Below, piece by piece: positions 36,136 through 40,871 of a stretch of DNA of 40,871 nt. Both the position numbers and the translations under genes were made by a program. Source of the stretch: a virus (lineage: Duplodnaviria; Caudoviricetes); IMG/VR virus record IMGVR_UViG_3300010048_000021, positions 1 through 40,871 of that record; one strand, given 5' to 3'. Under the pieces are notes generated by a model that saw nothing but the letters and a program-made list of their open reading frames with translations, made no database searches and was not told the origin of the DNA. How positions within the stretch are numbered: position 1 is the first letter of the stretch; each line of letters opens with the position of its first letter.

Positions 36136-36408
36136 CTATTTGTGGTGCTCCAGTTCATGCACCTTGATAGCCATGCGGACTTCCTCTACCGCATGCCGGA
36201 CTTCCGTAAGCACTGAATGGACCTCGGTTTTGAGTGCCTGAATTTCGGCTTTGAGGACCTGGACCTCATTCACGATCTCCGTTTTCATCAATGCCATTTC
36301 TGCGCGCAGCGTCTCTTTGGCTTCATTGATCCGGCTGTTGCTGTATAGCACTGCGCAGGCCGGAAACACGATGGCGATCGCGAGGGTCAAGATCTGTAGA
36401 TCGGTCAT
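36136..36408 (-). CDS. TM plus coiled-coil hypothetical protein
   Basis: MTDLQILTLAIAIVFP...KETLRAEM. Confidence 0.7.
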   Translation of the reverse strand: MTDLQILTLAIAIVFPACAVLYSNSRINEAKETLRAEMALMKTEIVNEVQVLKAEIQALKTEVHSVLTEVRHAVEEVRMAIKVHELEHHK

Positions 36409-36564
36409 GGCTTAATGGCCTCTTCTTTCTGCTTCTGCCAGCGGGCCAGTATCGCCTTGCGCCCCTGCTCTGACAATTCTTTTGCGGTGAGCTTCTTTGC
36501 TCGAGCCTTGCCGCCCTTCTTTCCTAACGCCACCGCTGCCGGGTTCTTCCGTTTGCCAGCCATC
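36405..36564 (-). CDS. Small basic KGG-like protein, absent from the ORF track
   Basis: Reads MAGKRKNPAAVALGRKGGKARAKKLTAKELSEQGRKAILARW; ATGA-coupled to the next gene; start approximate. Confidence 0.7.
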
Positions 36565-36587
36565 ATTCATAGTCTACCCTTTCCTGA

Positions 36588-36645
36588 CGCTACGTAAATT
36601 TAGTTGATTAAATCCCTTGACCTTGTTCGTACCGCTACGTATAAT
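36588..36645 (+). promoter_or_regulatory. Sigma70 promoter with repeated operator-like boxes
   Basis: TTGACC (36617)-17 nt-TATAAT (36640); CGCTACGTA at 36588 and 36633. Confidence 0.75.
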
Positions 36646-36660
36646 CGTAACAGATAGGAA

Positions 36661-37356
36661 ATGGTTATGCAAGCCCAAACATCTTGCTTCGCGCACCGCG
36701 ATTCCGAATGCGAAGGACGCATCGTGGACTGCCCGCGCTGCGCAGACAAAGTCTGCGACCTGCACGGTGTGGACGGGTTGTGCATGACCTGCCAGGACGA
36801 TCTGGAGAAAGAGGAAGAAATGACGGTAGCCGAAGAAATCACAAGCTTGAACCGGCAGGCGGAAGCGATCCGCCGGGCACGCATCGAGATGGAAGCAGAG
36901 CTCGAAGAGATCGAGCGCACGTCGAAGCAGTTGCGCTGCGAATGTGACGGCGATTATGACTACGAGACCGGGCGCACGGTCGCCTGCCACAGCGTGATCT
37001 GCCCGATCCATGATGTCTGCCAGGACTGCGACGATGCGAAACCAACGGAGATCGTGGAGGGTCGCAAAGTGTGTGCCGATTGCGCAAAGGGATATGAACC
37101 GCTCAAAGGACGTTGGGCGAAGAGCAGCGGCGGCTGGTGCCTGGAGATTCAGAACGACGAGTTTCATTTCTGCGATCCGTTGGGCTGGCGCATCATCGGT
37201 TTCATCACGCCGAATGCGCGCCGCACAGGCTATCTGTTGCAGATTACGGGTGATGCTCTCGCTCTGGACTTCGGGCGCCTGCCGCGGCATTCGTTCGAGA
37301 CGCTCGCTGAAGCACAAGCGGCCGCCATCAAGGCGACCGGCGTGGAGGTGGCGTAA
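36661..37356 (+). CDS. Cys-rich hypothetical protein
   Basis: Several CxxC and CPIH motifs; downstream of a strong promoter. Confidence 0.65.
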   Translation: MVMQAQTSCFAHRDSECEGRIVDCPRCADKVCDLHGVDGLCMTCQDDLEKEEEMTVAEEITSLNRQAEAIRRARIEMEAELEEIERTSKQLRCECDGDYDYETGRTVACHSVICPIHDVCQDCDDAKPTEIVEGRKVCADCAKGYEPLKGRWAKSSGGWCLEIQNDEFHFCDPLGWRIIGFITPNARRTGYLLQITGDALALDFGRLPRHSFETLAEAQAAAIKATGVEVA

Positions 37357-37593
37357 ATGTCAGCCTGCGACTGCGATTTTGATTTCCGCTGGACCGAATA
37401 CCCGGACGGAGAGTATATCCGCACCAATCCCTCGACGCTCTGCCCGATCCATGATCAGTGTGACTGGTGCGACAAGCGTCTGGCCGTCGAAATCGCCGAA
37501 GGCGACAAGCTCTGCAAGGAGTGCCTGAAAGAACTAGCGGAAGAACGGCGCCAGGACGAGCTCCTGGTCCGGTCGCTGCGGTCGCGCGGATGA
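37357..37593 (+). CDS. Cys-rich hypothetical protein
   Basis: SD ggagg; CPIHDQCDWC...LCKEC resembles CPIHDVCQDC...VCADC in the previous gene. Confidence 0.65.
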   Translation: MSACDCDFDFRWTEYPDGEYIRTNPSTLCPIHDQCDWCDKRLAVEIAEGDKLCKECLKELAEERRQDELLVRSLRSRG

Positions 37594-37623
37594 AGTTGAA
37601 GAACGAACGGGAAGAGAAGGAAA

Positions 37624-38613
37624 ATGAATACAGCATTAGAAGTGAAGATGCCCGAGACGCGCGTCGCATTCTCGCGAGATCAGGTGGATCTGCTGAAGCA
37701 GACCGTTTGCAGGGGCGCGACCGACGATGAATTTAAACTGTTCCTGCAAGTCTGCCAGTCCAAGCGGTTGGACCCGTTTTCCAAGCAGATCTATGCCATC
37801 AAGCGCTGGGACGCCAAGCTGCAGCGGGACGTGATGTCATTCCAGACCGGAATCGACGGCTTCCGCGTACTGGCGGAACGCACCGGCAAGTACGCCGGAC
37901 AGGATGCGCCGCAATGGTGCGGCACAGATGGCGAATGGAAGGACGTGTGGCTGGACAGCAAGCCGCCGCTCGCGGCCAAGGTCTCGGTGTATCGTACGGA
38001 CTTCGCCAGGCCCATGACCCGGATCGCTCTGTATCGCGAATACGTGCAAACCAACAAGGACGGCAGTCCCAATAGTATGTGGACGAAGATGCCGTCGAAC
38101 CAGTTGGCGAAGTGCTCCGAAGCCCTGGCGATGCGCGCCGCCTTTCCAGAGGAACTCTCTGGACTGCACGCGCACGATGAGATGGGGCAGGCTGATAATC
38201 CTGACCTGGGGGGCGGCCCAAAGAAGCGCCCGGCTGCCGCCATTCGCCGGGCGCCCGCGGAACCCGTCAAGCCGGAGCCGATCGACGTCACGCCGATCTC
38301 GGAACCGGAACCCGAGACGCCCACCGTGACCGAAGAGACCGGAGCCTATCGCGTACCGGAAGAGCACGAACTGCGGAACGGGCTGCGCAAGGGACTGGAA
38401 ACGATCCCGGCCATCACCAAAGCCTGGAGCGACCTGATCCGCGATTACGAGTCTGCCGGCGTGCTCGACGTGCTCGAGGATATCAAGACGCGCTTCGAAC
38501 GGACGAAGGAAGGCAACCGCACGCCGCTCTCGCTGCGCACCGCCGTCTGTGTGGCGCGCAACTGGAAGGATGACAACATGCATCTCTGGTTAGTACCTGG
38601 GGAGGTGCAGTAA
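37624..38613 (+). CDS. bet: Phage recombination protein Bet (RecT/Red-beta family)
   Basis: LDPFSKQIYAIKR, QTGIDGFRVLAERTGKYAG, W.KMP..QLAKCSEALAMRAAFP. Confidence 0.93.
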   Translation: MNTALEVKMPETRVAFSRDQVDLLKQTVCRGATDDEFKLFLQVCQSKRLDPFSKQIYAIKRWDAKLQRDVMSFQTGIDGFRVLAERTGKYAGQDAPQWCGTDGEWKDVWLDSKPPLAAKVSVYRTDFARPMTRIALYREYVQTNKDGSPNSMWTKMPSNQLAKCSEALAMRAAFPEELSGLHAHDEMGQADNPDLGGGPKKRPAAAIRRAPAEPVKPEPIDVTPISEPEPETPTVTEETGAYRVPEEHELRNGLRKGLETIPAITKAWSDLIRDYESAGVLDVLEDIKTRFERTKEGNRTPLSLRTAVCVARNWKDDNMHLWLVPGEVQ

Positions 38614-39158
38614 TGGCGGCCGGACAGATGGCGATCGCGGAACAACGCACGGAAGGCGAGCTCAGTATCTCGTTGAGCGAGATGCTGGGCCTGCTCGGCA
38701 CGCTCGAGGCCGAGGAACAATCAGACAGCCTGGTGGCGTTCGAAGGCCACGTCCGCGACAACGTCAAAATGGCCGTTGCCGACAAACTCCGGCGCTACCA
38801 GGGCTTCTTCAGCTTCTGTGAGGCGCAGACTTCGCAATGCACGTCCGAGATCGAGCGGCTCCAGAACCGGAAGCGCGCCATCGAGAACGCCAAAGAACGG
38901 CTGCGCACCTATCTGGCGCGGGCGATGGACCTGCACGGTGTGAAGCGCCTGGACGCCGGGACGGTGGTGTTCAGTTTGCAGCCGGGACGGCCCAAGCTGC
39001 CATCTGATATCGATGAATCCAAGATACCGGGCGAGTACATCACCGAGGAGATCGTTTGCAAGATCGATCGCGCGGCGCTCAAGCGGGCACTCGAAGGTGG
39101 TGCGCAGATCGAAGGCATCGAGTTGACGGTCGGCGATCCGTTTGTGGTGGCGCGCTAA
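38613..39158 (+). CDS. Siphovirus Gp157-family protein
   Basis: EIERLQNRKRAIEN...IDESKIPGEY...KIDRAALKRAL..G.QIEG. Confidence 0.85.
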   Translation: MAAGQMAIAEQRTEGELSISLSEMLGLLGTLEAEEQSDSLVAFEGHVRDNVKMAVADKLRRYQGFFSFCEAQTSQCTSEIERLQNRKRAIENAKERLRTYLARAMDLHGVKRLDAGTVVFSLQPGRPKLPSDIDESKIPGEYITEEIVCKIDRAALKRALEGGAQIEGIELTVGDPFVVAR

Positions 39159-39315
39159 CGGCACTACACTGGATGGAATTACTCCGACAAAGAGCGGCGC
39201 GTGCCTGGGGCGGGAAAACTGGTTCGGGTGCGGGCCGCTCCGGGTTTATCCAGAATTTATCGAACGGCGCGTAACCTCTGGAACTTTTTCGCCGCCATTA
39301 GCCCCAATGGGGAGT

Positions 39316-39726
39316 CTAGGGTTTCGGCATGTACGGCGCAAGACACTCCTCGATAAAGTGCTTCAGCTTGGCCGATTCCCGCTTGTTTTTCAGCAGGTTC
39401 TCGAGCGCAATCGAGCGGCGGCTGGCGAGCGTCGTGGCGCCGCCCGTGACTCGGTCGCGCACCGCCTCCAGCACGAAATCCTTGACCTTCGTCCCACGCT
39501 GCCGCGCCACCACCGCCACCTTATCTCGAAACTCGGCCGTCGTCGTGCAGCACAGCTTCAGATCCCCCTTGATCGTCTTCAAAGGAAAGTGCTCCTCGAA
39601 AGTGGCTCGTCGGCGCATAGGATCTTCAACGGGTAGCAAAAGTACCGAAGTGCCAAAATAAAGTTCCCTGACACCAATTTTCTCACGCTGCCAACTAGGG
39701 AGATGGATAGCTTCAGTACTACCCAA
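39316..39726 (-). CDS. Putative ribbon-helix-helix regulator (start uncertain)
   Basis: LCCTTTAEFRDKVAVVARQRGTKVKDFVLEAV; divergent from the LuxR gene. Confidence 0.45.
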   Translation of the reverse strand: MGSTEAIHLPSWQREKIGVRELYFGTSVLLLPVEDPMRRRATFEEHFPLKTIKGDLKLCCTTTAEFRDKVAVVARQRGTKVKDFVLEAVRDRVTGGATTLASRRSIALENLLKNKRESAKLKHFIEECLAPYMPKP

Positions 39727-40024
39727 AAAAAACGGAGAATTTCGTAGTACTAAGTAACTTTCCTGATACGCCCATTTAGCTGACAGTTAAGTACTTCCGG
39801 TTTGTGTGGCGTCACGACAAATGTTACAACCTGGTGAAATCCCTAACGCAATCCGCGTGAAACTACTTGTCTTTGCATGCAGCTAGGCTCCATGCGGATC
39901 TCAAAATGTACTTGCGTATAAGTGCCGATTCCCGTATTCTAGAGTCCGTTCGGCTTTGGTGGTACTCTTCGCCCCCCGTACCAGAACCGACAGCAATTCA
40001 TCGCAGGAGAAAAACTAGCACGTC

Positions 40025-40573
40025 ATGGCTGCGCCCGCAGTGTGTCCAACCCCAGTCGATCTGGAAAGTCTGAAGCAGGAGATCGAATGCCTTGCTCAGT
40101 CCGAACAGGAGGAGTTGCTTTCGTGGCAGCGCGAACGCTTGCGGCAGCCGCTCGGCCCGATTGATCTGGACTTGACCGAGCGCCAATTCCAGGTGCTGCT
40201 GCTCGTCGGCGAAGCGCTTCAGTCGAAGGAGATCGCGGCGCGCCTGGGGGCGAGTCCGCGCACCATCGAATTCCACAAATACTGCATCATGGAACGGCTC
40301 AGACTTCGCACGACGCTGGAGCTGTGCCGCTTCGCGAATCAAAACGATCTGTGTGAGCAGCAGCAGGAAAGGGAGCCGGACATGCGCATGACCAGGAAGC
40401 CGAAGAGCGCCGAGGAACTGTCGCAGGAACTGAATGCGGTGAAGGAGCTCGAACGGATCAGTGAAGTTTGCGCTTCGCGCACGTTGAAAGCGCACCGGGA
40501 AGAACTGCAGGCGACCGAAAAGGAACTGGAGTCCGCACTGCGCGCACGCCGCCGGCACGGGAAGGAGTCCTAA
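40025..40573 (+). CDS. LuxR-type HTH regulator with coiled-coil tail
   Basis: LTERQFQVLLLVGEALQSKEIAARLGASPRTIEFHKYCIMERL. Confidence 0.8.
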   Translation: MAAPAVCPTPVDLESLKQEIECLAQSEQEELLSWQRERLRQPLGPIDLDLTERQFQVLLLVGEALQSKEIAARLGASPRTIEFHKYCIMERLRLRTTLELCRFANQNDLCEQQQEREPDMRMTRKPKSAEELSQELNAVKELERISEVCASRTLKAHREELQATEKELESALRARRRHGKES

Positions 40574-40819
40574 ATGGCGAGCATTTCCCGCACTCCGGTC
40601 ATCGATCCGCAAAGTTTTCTGGCGTTGCTGGCGGACCTGCGGCAGCTTGAACACAGCCAGGAAACCGCCGCGCATCACCTCTCGCTCGCGGTCGCTTCGC
40701 TCGATGACCTGGCGCAACTGGCGCCGGCGCTCGACGGGCTGACGAATGAACTGCTGCATACGCGCGCCGCGCTGCGGTTGCTGAAGGCGCGGCTGTTGGC
40801 GGCGGGAGAGCCGGAGTGA
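40574..40819 (+). CDS. Hypothetical helical protein
   Basis: RBS aaggag before ATG. Confidence 0.6.
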   Translation: MASISRTPVIDPQSFLALLADLRQLEHSQETAAHHLSLAVASLDDLAQLAPALDGLTNELLHTRAALRLLKARLLAAGEPE

Positions 40820-40871
40820 TGGAGCAGCAGGAGACCGCGCGGCCAGGTCCGGCCCAGCCGCGCGGTCGATG
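40749..40871. repeat. Direct terminal repeat, copy 2
   Basis: Identical to 1-123. Confidence 0.97.

Overview
A complete, circularly permuted temperate phage genome of about 40,748 bp (bases 1-123 repeat exactly at 40749-40871), with a P22-like podovirus layout. Gene order: xis/int with an attP carrying the 3' half of tRNA-Arg(CCG); resolvase and replication genes; TerS and a TerL split into two ORFs; an accessory block (PAPS-reductase-like, DUF4160/DUF2442 pair, frameshifted radical SAM); portal, scaffold, coat and head-tail adaptors; modular tail/receptor-binding proteins; GNAT, 2OG-Fe(II) oxygenase and three ejection-type proteins; morons including a sulfotransferase; Bet and Gp157. The top finding is in the major capsid gene. 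After codon 19 it is interrupted by an in-frame 45-nt insert with two TGA stops, matched TGG codons on either side, a long stem-loop and an SD-like motif before the second TGG. This is the architecture of T4 gene 60-type ribosomal bypassing, and the insert lies just downstream of a free-standing HNH nuclease gene. The second finding is that three free-standing nucleases from two families share a promoter plus two-hairpin leader with an occluded RBS, and each abuts an AT-richer end of a structural gene. All protein calls come from motif recognition by eye; no searches were run.
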